Shown here: positions 47,961-61,604 of the stretch, in pieces | Layout of the letters: each line of letters starts with the position of its first letter | How positions within the stretch are numbered: position 1 is the stretch's first letter | Origin: Camelus dromedarius | Lineage: Eukaryota | DNA length: 64,000 bases | NCBI RefSeq assembly: GCF_036321535.1 | Contig: NC_087436.1 | Location: 75,518,001-75,582,000, forward strand | Direction of reading: 5' to 3' | Translations under genes and position numbers: made by a program | Notes under the pieces: generated by a model | The model's database searches: none | The model's input: only the letters and a program-made list of their open reading frames with translations | Told to the model about the DNA's origin: nothing

Positions 47961-50909
47961 TAACACAGACCCTAGCAGAGAATCAGCTTTCACTGTCTCT
48001 CTTGTTGTTATCATCATCATCACGTGAAGTGAGAGGCAAATGAAGCAGTAAAAGATATTTATATTTTGTAGGTAGAAAGATTGATCTTACTGTTAGTTTA
48101 TGGAGGTGCTTGTAAGGATTTGCATTTGAAATGAAGTTACAGGGAACCCACTGTTTGCATCATCTGTTGAGATACCAGAGATAAAATCCCTTTTTGGACC
48201 AATGAAAAGATTTTTCTACATTTTGTAACAAAAACTTTGCTTGGTATATATCAACCGTCTGCTGAAATCTGTAGATTCTGTAACACTAGAGACACGAATG
48301 AAATACTTGCATGTTCTATTCCAGAGCCACAGAGTGTTGGTGTAGAAGTAGTGACCTAGATTTATGAGGCTCTTCACAGCAATGAAATCACAGAAATAAA
48401 AGTTGAAAAGAGAAAACAGAATCCCTTATATGGCACATAGGTGACAAAAATATGTTGCACTAAAATATTTCTCTTCTGGGAAGCTTTTGCTCTGCACAAA
48501 TGCATTTGCTATGCCACCGTGTAAATAGGATTTTATAGACTATTTCAGTTAAATTAAGAATCTCCTAACTTTAGTCCTTTGCTAAAGCCAAAGTTTCCTT
48601 CCTCCAAAGCTTAAATAAAATATGCCCCTAAGTTGGGATATTTGAGTTTCTAGTACATTAAAAAAAGAAAAATCCACAACGTCCCTTTCTAACGTTCATC
48701 ATTATAGACAATTATGGGCCTGACAATTTTTGAAATTGTGCGATAAAGGGCTTTTAAGGAAATATAATCAGTATTAAGGGAAGACATTAAAAACCATATT
48801 ATAGAAGAAAGTTAGAGCTGGAGAGCTGTTTAGATTCTGGTTATAGAAACCTTTAGAAATTACGTACCCAGCTCTAAAATCTAAGGACAACCAGCTGAGC
48901 AGGAGCTTTAAAGAAGAGGTGGTAAGTGAGGTTCTCAGTGCTGGAAACCATGGTGCTCGGGAGGAGGAGAAGAGCCCCGGGGCGCCAGCGCAGAGGTTCC
49001 GTCTCACCCTCCAGGCTTCTGCAGCTGAGGAAGGAAGCCAGGCCGAGGGTGGGGATGCCAGCTGTTCAATGGTTCTTTCTCATCAGCCTAGCACTTCCCT
49101 CTGGAGCAGGATAGCATGTCCCCTCCCTCATTCACATTACCTTCAAAGGTTTGAAATAAGCATGTCTCTCCCACTCGGACATCTCTGCTCCAGGCAGGAC
49201 TGGAGTCAGTGGAGTATTTTAAGCAGAAATGGAGAACCGTTCTCTCAGAGGGACTGTAAAAAACAAGCCTATTGAGGAGGGAGCATGGACTTCATAAGCT
49301 ATGAGGTCCCTTCCTCCTCAGTGAATGATGGCTAAAGATCATCCCCGATACCCTCACTGCCTTCTGGTCCACTCGCCACCTTCTTCACTGTCCTCTTGGC
49401 ACTTTCCTTGGGGTCACTGACCTCAGAGAACTGCACCAGGTACTCCAGACATGGTCACGCCAACATGACTGCAATAGGACTGATACCTCTGTGGTCTGAA
49501 TATCGCAGGATGGAGAAAAGGCTCCTCACCCACACTCCTCTGAAGGTGGAAGCTGAGAACCCAAGGGATTTGGTGTGTGTAAGACGTAGTCATTTGAGGG
49601 TTGCCCTGGAGAGAGCTAAGGGCTTCAATCAGAGAGGAAGTGTTCAAACAGAAATGATGGAAGCCCCTGCTCCTTAGCGTGGCACTCCTGCCTCCCTCCA
49701 AATCCCCCACATAGTCTTTTAACATTTCAAAATGCTCAACATGAATCTGTTTCTTTCGGGAGTCAGTGAAGGAGGTGAGTTATGCTTTGGGAATGAAAGA
49801 CTTCGTAGAAGAATTCAAGAACACAGAGGCAGACAGAAGCTTGGGGAGTAAACTACACAAGACTCTGAGTTGTCAGGACAGGGCACCAACCTGTCACCCC
49901 AACCAAGGGACTAGCCTAGGGGTCAGTCTTCAGCTCTACGTCCAGCAGAGGGTCCAGCTGATACTGAGATTACACTATGGCTCTTCAGCTTAAGACTGGG
50001 TCAGTTTCTTTAGTAACCATATCAACTTTTAGTAAGCTTTTAATCAACTAAAATTCTGAGATCGTTTTTATGATACTGACGTCTAAACAGGTCTACTGTA
50101 CCGTCTATTTGTACAATTAATTATAGAACATAATACAGGACGTTACGAACAGTTTAGCTTTTGTTTCGTCTGATTACTTTTAGTTTATTGCTTCAATTGG
50201 TTTAGTGAGTTTTTCTTTCAACTGGTGAAACTTAACTATGTGTGTATCCTATATGAGTGGATGTGGCATATTTAAATATCATTAGCCTGATTTCTTTGTT
50301 TTCATTAAAGTCACTAATAAAAATACCAATCAAGTAAATAATTAAGACTTCATCATAATACTCTGCTAAAGACATTTCCTTTCCAATTACAAAGGTTTAC
50401 TGACAATGTTTTGAGTGTGTATTTCAACTATCTTCAAATCCACCTTCCATTGGTAGACCCCACTTCATTTTTACATTCACAAGTTTATCTGTGGGATTTT
50501 TGTCAAACCCTTTGCCAAAATTAAGATACAACATGTGTAGAAATCCTACCCCCCAAAGGGTAAAAGTTTAGTCCCCTATAAGTTTCCAGCAATGAGAGTA
50601 TTCTTTTTCTAATTATTCTCCAACTGTTTGAAAATTCAGGCTAGAATTTCCCCAGGACCTTTTATTACCAGTCTACATATTCTAACAAATATCTTATACC
50701 AGTGGCTTTTCTTGTAGGTGAAATGAGGAGTTTCTTTTTCTTTTATAAGGAGGTGACTTTTCTGCACTGCGCCACACACTTTGGTATCCTGTGAAAGTAG
50801 GACTCACGCAACCCCTTTCTAGGCTTCCCGTCTGACGCACACTGAGGGAGGAGTTCCGAATGAGGCCGAGACGCTCATGCTCATGTATAATTACAGTATC
50901 TGGCTTCTT

Positions 50910-51700
50910 CCATTTATGTGGCAAGTGTTTATTGAACACCTACAAAATTACAGATAACCAGCGAGGTGCTGGGGACCATGGCAAGGACCAAAACAAACTT
51001 GGTCTTTGCCTTCAGGAAGCTTACAGCTTTAAAGGATAAGATGTTAAATCATCGCTGAAATGAACACTGTTACATATGGCGTGAATGGAAGGTCTGGGGT
51101 GCTGTCAGAGCACTGCCTGGGAGACCTGTTCTAGACTAGAGAGTCAGGCAAGGGCTTCTTGAAGGAGGAGGCTGAAGCATGAGTAAGAGTGAAAGAGAAG
51201 AGATTGGGAGATTATATTGAGAGAGTTTGAATGTATGTGTTATGATTTATAGGTGAAAAGAATGGAAGGAATGGTGGAGGAGGAGTATTTGCAGGAATGA
51301 TGGCTGGAATTTTTCTAGGACTGAAGAAAGATATGAATTCATAGATCAAAGTATCCTCTGAAACTTGAGCAGGATGGATAAAAAAAAAAAAAACTCACTC
51401 TAATGGATACATGGAAAATAGAAAGCAAGGGAGTCAGACCAGTTAGGAGGCTGTGCTAGTGGTCCAGTAGGAGATGATGATGGCTTGGATGTATTGGCAT
51501 TTGTGGATGTGGAGAAAAGCTGAAAGTTCTGAGAATTAAATAGGAGAGTTCAAATAAATAAATAAGATCCAGTGAGTAATTGGATTAGGAGTGAGAGAAA
51601 GGGAGGTGTCAAGATAGACTCTAAGGTTTCTATCATGAACAGCTGAGTAGATGGAGAAATGCTAGTTGTTAAGTTAGGGAAGACAGAGGCATGACCAGAC
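50910..51700 (-). mobile_element. L2 fragments
   Basis: gtttattgaacacctac...ggtgctgggg...gaccagttaggaggctgt. Confidence 0.6.
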
Positions 51701-52108
51701 CCGGCAATCATCCCTGAATGCCTGGATTAAGTGGCTGCTAAGAATTACAGCTGGGTAGTTCAGTAAGCTGGGTCACTTTAAGGTCTTTTGTATCTTAAAA
51801 TATGAGATTTCCTGAATTCCAGAGTAAGTCGATGCCTAATTTTAATCTTGGCATCCCACAAAATTCCATCTCTACCTCATGAACTATATAGGAGGCTTGA
51901 TTCCTTACAAAGCAAGGTTTCAGTGAAACTTTGGACTATTATTCCAGAGATCTTGGAATGCGTATAAATTCTGTTAAGGGTTCTGAGGCATGATTAAAGA
52001 ACAGGTTGGAGGCGGCTCTCTGCCTTCACAGCATCTGTCTCGGTTTGATCGGTGCTTCAGTATTTGCAATTGTAATCATCTGGTCATTTTCTTTTCCTAT
52101 CTGCTCAG

Positions 52109-52255
52109 CGTGCAACGCACATTGTGGAAGCTGTGATTCACAGGCCAGCTGTACCTCCTGCCGAGATCCAAACAAGGTCCTGCTGTTTGGGGACTGTCAG
52201 CATGAGAGCTGTGCCCCACAGTACTATCTTGACTTCCCCACCAAGACATGCAAAG
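52109..52255 (+). CDS. FRAS1: FRAS1 exon, furin-like repeat (P)CNAHCGSCDSQASCTSCRDPNKVLLFGDCQHESCAPQYYLDFPTKTCK
   Basis: ctgctcag|CG acceptor, AAAG|gtaaag donor, 147 bp. Confidence 0.96.
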
Positions 52256-52389
52256 GTAAAGCTCTTCCAGAATTGCACAATGACTTTTATCCTGGGCAAT
52301 ACCCCTTTCCTGGAGATGTCCACTGTCCCACATTGGGAAGATACTGTTATCAGATGTTTAGACTTCTTCTGATGATAGCAAGACATCAT

Positions 52390-52425
52390 TATGTATGTAT
52401 GTATGTATGTATGTATGTATGTATG
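52390..52425. repeat. (TATG)9 microsatellite
   Basis: Read directly; abuts an antisense L2 tail. Confidence 0.95.
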
Positions 52426-53669
52426 TATTCATTCATTTATTTATTAAGCAAATATTTTTGAGTACCTACCATGTGCTAGATGTTGTGCCAGCAGACCAGA
52501 GGTGGCAGACTGGAAACTCTCAGGTTGTATTTGGTCCCAAAGCATGGGTTGGTTTTTTTTTTGGTCCACTGAATGTTCCAATGTTTGAAAATCTTTAATT
52601 CTTTTCCTTTTAAGAATCAGAAGACTTCACATACAAAAAATGAGACTTCCCATTTCTTTTGACAAAGCCAGAAGGTCTGGCAATCCTGAATTTGCATTTG
52701 CTCAGTGCAGGAGTAGGAGTATCCATCGTCTCCTTGGGTGGAAGCCTGATCTCCTCGGGTTGCCGCCGTCCCCACCATTCCCTGTCCTATCACATCCAGC
52801 CTGTTTTGAAGATCAGCATGGCCTTCCTGGGCCACATAGGCATCTGCATTTACAACTGTAGATAGCCAGACCCCAAGCTTAGCAGACAGGACTTGTGTCT
52901 GATTTGTTCATCTCTGCTGAACATACTTAAATGAGTGAAGACACAGTCCCCATCCTCCAGGAGTTTATAAGGAGGCAATGTCAAAAACAGAGTGCCTTTT
53001 CCCTTGTTCTCCAGGGGTTAGAATTCTTGGAGCTTGTGCTCTTCGAATGGCAGTGCTCAGTCAGGAGAAGAAGAGAATTAAAGGATGAAGTTTCCTTGCT
53101 CCTGTTTCATTTCCCTTCTCCGTTCCTCCATTCCGCATTTCTCCCTGCCTCTCGGGTCTTCCAGAGAAGCTGGGGCTCAGATAGAGGTCAGACATCAGTC
53201 AAGTCAACTTGGTATGCTTTAAGGTTTCGCAAAATTGCATACTTTCCATTCCAAGAAATTCTCCTTTGTTGTGAGCTGAGGTGGTCTGCTGCACTCAGGA
53301 CCACAGAACCCTTACAGTTTTTTTCCCTTCTAACCAGGGGCCGTCGGTCTGTGGTGAAAAACAAGAGTACCACAAATCCTCCCTGTTGTAAATGATTTCA
53401 CAACTATGCTGGCAGTTTTCAAGACTCTGTTTTAGTCATTTTCCCTCAGGACCGATACAGTCATGTAAATGAGTGAGCTTAACTTCGTAAGTCTTTTTGG
53501 AAGCACATGTACTGTCCTGCATATTTACCTGCTTCTTTGGGACTTGGAAATACTGAATCAAGGTAGAGAGAAAGGTGACTGATGAGAGATTTCCCCCAGC
53601 TTCTTAGCGGAGAGGGAAGGTGGGGCAAGGCAGCACTGAGAGGAGATACTTCTCCAAGGAAACCGGTCA

Positions 53670-53915
53670 GCAGCAAACATTTATTCAACTACTTTGTGTC
53701 AGACACTGTGCTGAGTTCTTTAAATTCATGATTTCATTCAATCTTCACAATAGCCTTATGAAATAGGTGTGACTCTTATCCTTGTTCTACAGTTAAGGAA
53801 ACTGAGGCTCAAAAAGTTTCAGGAAGGTCTGTAGGACATGCAGATAAAAAGTGACAAAACCATGACTTGAATACAAATTTAACTGACTTCAAAACCCAAA
53901 TACTTAGTCCTGGTG
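53670..53915 (-). mobile_element. MIR SINE
   Basis: aacatttattcaactact...aatcttcacaatagccttatgaaatagg...ggaaactgaggctca. Confidence 0.85.
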
Positions 53916-54886
53916 CCTTGTTACATCTCCCAGTGCACGAAGGACTTCCCTTACCAGCTGGAACTTTGCCTTTCAAACATGCGTCTCGTGACTGCATCCG
54001 AATTGCCCGGGTCATGAAAACAACAGCACCCACAGCTCTGATAATCACAGTGAGGGAAACAATAGCAGTAGTACCGTGTCTCCTGTGCCGCCTCGCTCCC
54101 CGAGACGGGCTCGGTGGTTCTGAGCCCGAGCCCGGCCATCTGTGTTTCTAACACGCCCCTGGGTTATTTGGGTGCACATCTAAGGCTGGGACCCGCTAGC
54201 TCTTTGAGGGCGGGGTCCCCACCCACCACATGAGAACCTGGGTCAGGGCTGTACATCCCGTTGGTGCTTGCTGAGTGAACGAACATGTGAAGGCATCAGC
54301 TCTACTCGAAGTGAGCAGGAATCTTTTTCTTTCCGGACAGTTCTTTTCCGCCCCGTTTAATTCTAACGTCATTCGTTCTTTCTGTTGTGTTGGTCAACAT
54401 CTGAGTTTGGAGAGGAAGAGAGTCACACGCCTGAAGTCAGTGGAGAGAGCAGATGCATCCTTAGTTGAGTCTCTGACATCCTTTACCTGTTGACATTTGG
54501 AGGAGGTTGGATTAGGTTTGTGGAGGCGAATCGGCCACTCCCTAGAGCAGGCTTTGCATGAAGATGCTGTAGCTCGGGGTAAAGAGCCCTGGGGCCCAGA
54601 CGGATAAGATCAAGTCTATCTGGCCCCTCAGCAGCCCTGCTGACAGGCAGGCTTTGCACAAGCCGGGAGCGATCCTTGTACACGCCCGTGTCTAGCATAA
54701 CGAGGAAACAGCCTCAGAGAGGTGTTCAGGCTGCTACATGCAGAGCCTCGTCAGAGCTCACTTATCTGACATCTCTTATGTTGTCCTCACTTTACCCCAT
54801 GCAGCTGCAGACAGTGTCCTCATAAATTAGTCTCTGGAACAGAGACTGGACAGGAGGGAAGCTGATCTAAGGAATTTTCTTTCTAG

Positions 54887-55027
54887 AGTGTGATTGGAGT
54901 TGCAATGCGTGCAGCGGGCCTCTGAGAACGGACTGTCTGCAGTGCATGGACGGCTACGTCCTCCAGGACGGAGCCTGCGTGGAGCAGTGCTCACCAGCAT
55001 TTTACCGGGACCGGGGTCTCTGCAAGA
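54887..55027 (+). CDS. FRAS1: FRAS1 exon, furin-like repeat (E)CDWSCNACSGPLRTDCLQCMDGYVLQDGACVEQCSPAFYRDRGLCK
   Basis: Translated by hand; ttttctttctag|AG acceptor, AAGA|gtaagt donor, 141 bp. Confidence 0.96.
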
Positions 55028-55904
55028 GTAAGTGTCTGGGGCCCTTGCTGTGTGCTCACTGAGGCTTCCACCTCCTCTGATTTCTACTGTTCTGAGAAGG
55101 AGCCTGTGGCAAGTTTCCTTTCTGGTTTTTTATCCAATTTCTGGTTTCTTCCCTGAGAGCTTTTCTTTGCTATAATGAAAACATCCCCTCTTTCCTTCTC
55201 CTGTGCCCAAATACAACATTTGATACATTTGAAATCTACATGGGAATCTTGGGGGTATATGGCCACACAAATAGGTATGTTTTGACCATTAAGTTTTGAA
55301 TTTCTGTAAAAATGGAACAGTCCTGTGCTACAGATAGAGAGGTCTGTATTCTCCAGTCATGTGAGCACAAGGAAAGACCATATTATTCCATCATCTGCCT
55401 CTCACGACCCTCCAAGTACCATACATCTAACCATTGCCTCTCTCTGACCCAGTACCCCCTCCAGCCTCAGTTTAACACCACAACGTCTTCACACCCCGTA
55501 GTGACCACCCAAACAAAGTACATAGGCAGCATCCTGGGAGCATCCTTGGGTAATGCTCTGATAACTCACCGGGTGAGTGAGGAAAGATAATTGACACTTA
55601 CAGTGAAACAGTGCAGAGAGCCAAGGACTCATTAATAATATGATAATGGTTGATATCTGTCAGTTTATAGGAGCAGTGTGTCAACTCCCCTTCTCTGGGA
55701 GACAACACTGAGGCTCAGAGAAGTGGAGTGGCTGGTCCTCAGTCACCCAGCTGGTAAGCGCAGCAGTCGCAGACAGAAGCCTGGCTCCCTGGCTCCCCGT
55801 CTGCGGCTTTGCCCAGCGCACCAGGTTAAGTTGCGTCACCACGAGGGCCCAGAGCCCCTTGGAAAGCTGTACCCGTTCCTGTTGACTTGACTTCTGTCTT
55901 CCAG

Positions 55905-56045
55905 GCTGTGCCAGACACTGTCTCCAGTGCCAAGGTCCCCATGAGTGCACCCGCTGTGAAGAGCCATTTCTCCTCTCGGAAGCCCAGTGTGTCCAGGACT
56001 GTGGGAAGGGGTACTTTGCAGATCATGCAAATGGCAAATGCACAG
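55905..56045 (+). CDS. FRAS1: FRAS1 exon, furin-like repeat (S)CARHCLQCQGPHECTRCEEPFLLSEAQCVQDCGKGYFADHANGKCT
   Basis: Translated by hand; tgtcttccag|GC acceptor, ACAG|gtaact donor, 141 bp. Confidence 0.96.
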
Positions 56046-57039
56046 GTAACTTGGACACTGTGCTGAGTTCTCTGGAAAGAAATGAGGCCAACAAGTAAGT
56101 CAGGTGTGCTGATTCTCAGGTAATTAAGGGCAGAAAGGAAACCTGGAAGTTTGGCCTAAGTAACTGATGGCTTCTTGTGCACATCTGCCAATTGCTGACT
56201 AAATAGAACACTGGAATGCCGGCCAGTAATTCTCTTGCACAAATCAATACTGTCCCTAGAAGTCTATATGGAAATAAAGCCAATATTTCATGGGATGCAA
56301 AACTTACGTTGAACTAAGGTGAGGGATCCATTAAGAGAGATCAGCCCTACTGATACAGGGCCAGGGTGTTCAGTGCATCCACTAAATTACCAGTGACCCT
56401 GATACCGCGTTATGTCCTTGAGGTGTCGGATTTCTGGGGGCAGTTTAGTGAGACGTGTTGAGCTTTATTATGAAACTAAAGTTAAACCCAAAGTCTTAAT
56501 CTCCTTGTCCACTGAGTTATTCTCAAGAGTTCCTTGTTTTATTCTCATCGTTTCTATCAAAACCTGGTACTGTGTGCCCCACTTTAAAGAATACCGGACA
56601 TTTAATCATATGCCATTACCCAGGTGTGGCATTTTACATTTCCCCAAATTTCCTTCATCTGCGTTATCTCATTTAATATTCACAATGACTTGGTAAAATA
56701 TGGCAAACACTACGAGTCCTGTTTCACAAGTGGAAAAAAAAAAAAAAAAGAGGCAGAAGAGTATAACCAGGGCAACATAAAGTCAGGTACTGATCTCAAA
56801 CTTTCTGATTCTAATTCAGGAACCAGAATAGTTTAAAGGGCGAATTCAGGGCCCGTTAAGCTATCCTGTGCCCCCTCTCTATAACAAAATCTCAACTGAG
56901 AAAGCAGAATAATTAGGCAGTAAACACTTGATTTGTAGAAGGTTGTTAACTTGATCCAAAGAAATTATCTATGGTCCTTTAAATAGCTTGCTCTCCTCGT
57001 GCATTTAAAATAATAATAATAAAAATCATCTCAGAATAG

Positions 57040-57280
57040 CAGTGATGGTAGGAGTACACTTGAGTCCTTTCTGTTGAGCCCAATACTGTTCTAGTCAATT
57101 TGTATCATTAATAGCTCACAGTCCAACCAGCAATCATTGGTATTAGGTGCTATTACTATCCCCATTTTTAAGATAAGAAATTGTACCGCAGACTGTTGAA
57201 AGAACTTGCCCAAATTCAACAGCCGGTAAGTGGTAGAAGAGGAACAGTACCCAGAAAGAGTTTATGCTCTTAATCACTAT
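57040..57280 (-). mobile_element. MIR SINE
   Basis: taggtgctattactatccccatttta...aacttgcccaa...gctcttaatcact. Confidence 0.8.
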
Positions 57281-57571
57281 AAACTACCTCTCTGACAAGT
57301 CACTATGGTTAACTTTTTAAACAATCTGTTTCTGTGCAACATTTTCAGGTCATGGCGTGTAAAGCAAGGGTGCTCCTCCCTTCCCACTGTCCTTTCTAGG
57401 GTAGACCAGCTGTCTCTGAAGTTCTGTGGGGAACTGTTGGAATTCTCTTCTGCTACAGCTGGGGACCCCATGCTGCTTGTGCTCTCACTTGTCATTTCTC
57501 TATCACCGGTAGCCCTCGCTGGGTGCCTGTGCCTTTGTCCTGCCTCATTTAGTGTGTCCTCTCTTCAACAG

Positions 57572-57712
57572 CCTGCCCTCGGGGGTGCTTGCAGTGCAGC
57601 CACAGAGACCGGTGTCACCTGTGTGACCAGGGGTTCTTTCTGAAGAGCGGCCTTTGTGTTGCCAACTGTGTTCCTGGCTTTTCTGCCCACTCCTCTAATG
57701 AAACATGTGCTG
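57572..57712 (+). CDS. FRAS1: FRAS1 exon, last furin-like repeat (A)CPRGCLQCSHRDRCHLCDQGFFLKSGLCVANCVPGFSAHSSNETCA
   Basis: ctcttcaacag|CC acceptor, GCTG|gtaagt donor, 141 bp. Confidence 0.96.
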
Positions 57713-58953
57713 GTAAGTGCTTCTCCTCCAATGGTCCAGTGAATTCACCTGTAATTTCTCCAGGCAGAGGCTGAGTTTCCAGGTACAATTGGCTCACATG
57801 ATGCAAGATGCAGGATTCCCATTCTGTGAATACGCCTGGTGCTGCTATGGAATAAGGAACTGTTTCTAGAACATGGAAAATTGGGAAAATTCAAATTCTA
57901 CGATCTCTGAAAGAGAAAAAGAAGCAATGTGTGCTTTAAAAGTCACAACTATCGCATCAAAGATTTGGCATAAAATTTAGTTATATTCCTGAATTACAGT
58001 CATGTTATAGAAAATTATATATATTCTTACAGATATAACATTATATTTATATAAACATACAGAGCTAATCATGCCAAGGTACAGTGGTTCATCCTTTGTG
58101 CACACACTCGAGATTAATGGTAAATAATTAATGAATAGAGAGTAGCCTACCCCATTAGGTCCTCACATTTAAACTGAATGGATTTCAAGCCACTCTGTTT
58201 GCCATTAAGAATTAGGTAAGATGTTAAGGAATGGAGCTAGTCTTCTCTGGACCCTTTACCTTAAACAACAAAGAAAAGCAAATTTAAATGCAGGCTTAAT
58301 TTTGAAGCCAAAACTTGTATAGGTGAATGAAGATTGGGAGTTATATTATAGCCAAGCATTCCTTGGCTTTTGGGTGTCCTTCATCAATAACACGGATCAT
58401 GTTTTATCACCTGCAGTCACTCGTATTTTTCATCTCTCTATTTCTGACCTTTAATGATACTAAGATTTCCCATGCGGAAAAAAAATCTTTGGCTTATTTC
58501 ATTGGGATCCTCCTGGAAAGCCCGAGTACTGAGAGTCAACTTACTCCTCTTGGGACATAATAAAAGTCAACTTGCAAGAATGAATTTGAGTTTCATTAGT
58601 GTAATCTTACATTAGAAGTAGTTGGCCTGCGACTTGGCATCCCTGAACTGCCCTGTCTGACCTACTTGTAAAAGGAAGTGCTACCAATTAAAGTTCAGGC
58701 AAACCAACTTGCAGGAGACAAGATGAATTCCACATCAAGGTCAGAAATCCTGATTCATCCATCAGATGCTTCCTATGGACAGAGATGGTAAAATTTTAAA
58801 ACAGGTTGTAAATATTTCACATGAAGTCTGAATATAAACCACTGATAATCCTACTTCATTGTAGATTAACTGGGGCTGTCCCTGCAAATGGCACCAGACA
58901 CTTGTCTCTTGGTGGGTCTGATGGTCAGATATGACAGGTGTATTAGGATAGGA

Positions 58954-60265
58954 CTGTGGTTCTCAGAGGTGGCAGCCCTTTAGGATTACCTGGGGAGCTT
59001 GCAAAATCACCAAGGCTCATCCCGGAACATTTAAGTTGGAATCTGGTGGTGGAGCCTAAGTATCAGTATTGTTTTAGAAGATCCCTATGTGATTCCTTAT
59101 TGTTACTCTTTCTGAGATACAATCCACATACCATAGAATTCACCCTTGAAATTATACAGTGGGTTTTTAGTATATCCACAGCGTTGTGAAACTATTATCA
59201 TTATCTAATTCCAGGTCATTTTAATCACCCTAAAAAGAAATCCAGTAACCATTAGTAGTCTCTCCCCACTGCCCCGTTGTCTTGGCCCCTGGCAACCCCT
59301 GACCTACTCTCTATCTCTATGGATTTTCCTCCTCTAGATATTTCACATAAATGATATCATTCATTTTATGTCTGGCTGCTTTCACTTGGCACAGTATTTT
59401 CAAGGTTCCTTCATGTTAGAGCACGTATCAGTACATCATTTCTCTCTATGGTTGAATAATATTCCATTGTATGGATGTACCACATTTTGTTTATTCACTC
59501 ATCAATTGATGGACATTTTGATTGTTTCCACTTTTGGATATTATGAATAACACTGCTGTGAACGTTTGTGTACAAGTTTTTGTGTGGACAGATGGTTTAA
59601 TACTCTTGAGTATATACCTAGGAGTAGAATTGCTGGATCATATGATAGCTCTGTGTTTAATTGCTTGAGGAACTACTAGCCTGTCTCCCAAGCAGCCGCA
59701 CCACTTTACATTCCCACCAGCAGTATATGAGATTTCTAGTTTCTCCACCCCCTCGGGAACATGTTTTATTGTTCCTCCTAGTGGGTATTAAATGATACCA
59801 TCTTGTGGTTTTGATTCGAATTTCCCTGATGACTGATGATATTTGAACACCTTTTCATGTGCTTATTGTCCTCTTGTATATCTTCTTTGGAGACATGCCT
59901 ATTCAGATTCTTTGCCTGTTTAAAATTAGGTTATTTATCATTTAATGAGTTGTAAGAATTCTTGTTATTTTCTGGATACAAGAGGGGGACAAGTCCTTTT
60001 TCAGATACGTAATTTGCAAATATTTTCTCCTATTCTGTGGATTGTCTTTTCACTTTCTTGCTGGAAGCATAGAGGTTTTTAATATTAATGATGTCCAATA
60101 TATCCATTTTTTCTTTTGTCACTTGTGCTTTTGGTGTCAGATCTGAGAAAGCATTGCCTAATTCAAGATCACAAAGATTTTCTTCTATATTTTCTTCTAG
60201 GAGTTTTATAGATTAACGTTGAGACCTTATGTTATTCTCATGTGCATCCAGGGTGAGAACCACTA
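58954..60265. mobile_element. MER5B-like hAT-Charlie MITE split into two halves (58954-59095, 60225-60265) by an L1
   Basis: Termini ctgtggttctca ... tgagaaccacta; internal text matches recalled MER5B consensus. Confidence 0.75.
59096..60224 (-). mobile_element. L1MB-like 3' fragment nested in a MER5B
   Basis: Antisense L1 3'UTR/ORF2-end text; degenerate 13-bp TSD at 59083-59095 and 60225-60237. Confidence 0.85.
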
Positions 60266-60409
60266 GATCAGAAGGAGGCTAATGGTATACAGTAGCCTAG
60301 AGTTTCATCTTTGTAGCTCAGAATGAACATTACAGGTCTGTTTCTTTAAAAAATAATAACCTAACTAGTGACTGTACCAAGTCTGACCTTTGATTTGTGT
60401 GATTTCCAG

Positions 60410-60680
60410 GCAAAATACACACTCCTAGTCTTCATGTGAATGGTTCCCTCACCCTTGCCATTGGTTCAATGAAACCACTGGATTTTTTCCTCCTGAATGT
60501 CCAAGACAAGGATGGCAGGGTCGAAGACCTCCTGTTCCATGTGGTCAGCACTCCCACCAGTGGTCAGCTCGTGCTCTCAAGGAATGGAAAAGAGGTTCAG
60601 CTCGACAAGGCTGCTCACTTTAGCTGGAAAGATGTGAAGGAGAAAAAAGTGCGTTTTGTGCACAGAAAAGAAAAACCCAG
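60410..60680 (+). CDS. FRAS1: FRAS1 exon, first CSPG/NG2-like repeat (G)KIHTPSLHVNGSLTLAIGSMKPLDF...KKVRFVHRKEKP(R)
   Basis: gatttccag|GC acceptor, CCAG|gtgacg donor, 271 bp, phase 1 to 2; LLFHVVSTPTSGQL and VRFVH motifs typical of CSPG repeats. Confidence 0.95.
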
Positions 60681-61604
60681 GTGACGCGGTGCTCCGTTGT
60701 TTTCTTCCTCCCTTCTTTCCGTCAGTGCTCTGCGCAGCCCCCCACTCCTCCCCCATCTCAGCAGCTCTCCCTTCTCTCCTGGGGAAGATCAATACTCTAC
60801 CAATGCCAAATACTTTCAGCTGCCTGTCGTCGTTTCACTGTAACTGCTCAGAGAGAGTGCTTCTGTTAGAGGCATTTTCATTATATCACATAATTATGGG
60901 TAATTCTTTGATGTGACAGGGAAGTTTCTAGTACAGTTACCCAGTTTTTTGGCCCAGGAGAAACAAAATCACTTATACACCCAGATGTGCTGCTGCTTCT
61001 TCAGCACTGGGGTACTATACTGGGAGGAGGGAGTAGCTGGAGGATGGAGTGTGTGCTTTTCAAGATGTTGTATGGTTCCTAGAATTTCAGAGTTAAAAGG
61101 AAACTAAGAGTCATCGTTAACTTTTTATTATCCGCTTTGTGGGACTAATTGTTAATTTTTAAGCCTGATCCAGTTTTCCTCTGATGCCGAGCACACTTCT
61201 GGCTGTCCTCCCCACCTCAGCTGACACAGGCTTTAAGAATGCAATTGTATGTTAACACTAACTCAAGCAAACATAGCCGAGTAATTAGCAGAGCAGATCT
61301 ACTAAACAGAAATCAGAGAATGCACCCCAAGGATTAGCCTCTTGGATTATCCTTCACGCTGCTCTGCATCATTAGTGCAGATTATTCAGAGTAGACTATA
61401 TATGTAAACAAGGAATTGAAACCCAGGGAACAATGATAAAGAACAGTGAATATTTTCAACTATCACCACTGAACTTGAGATTTTTTTAAATGTTCAAGGT
61501 TTGGGCTAGGAGATAGGTAGGGGGGAATTAGATTGCACTTTCCGTATTGCATTTCAGAGCCAGTGATGCCAGAAATCTCAAAACCTCCCATCTTATGGGA
61601 ATAA

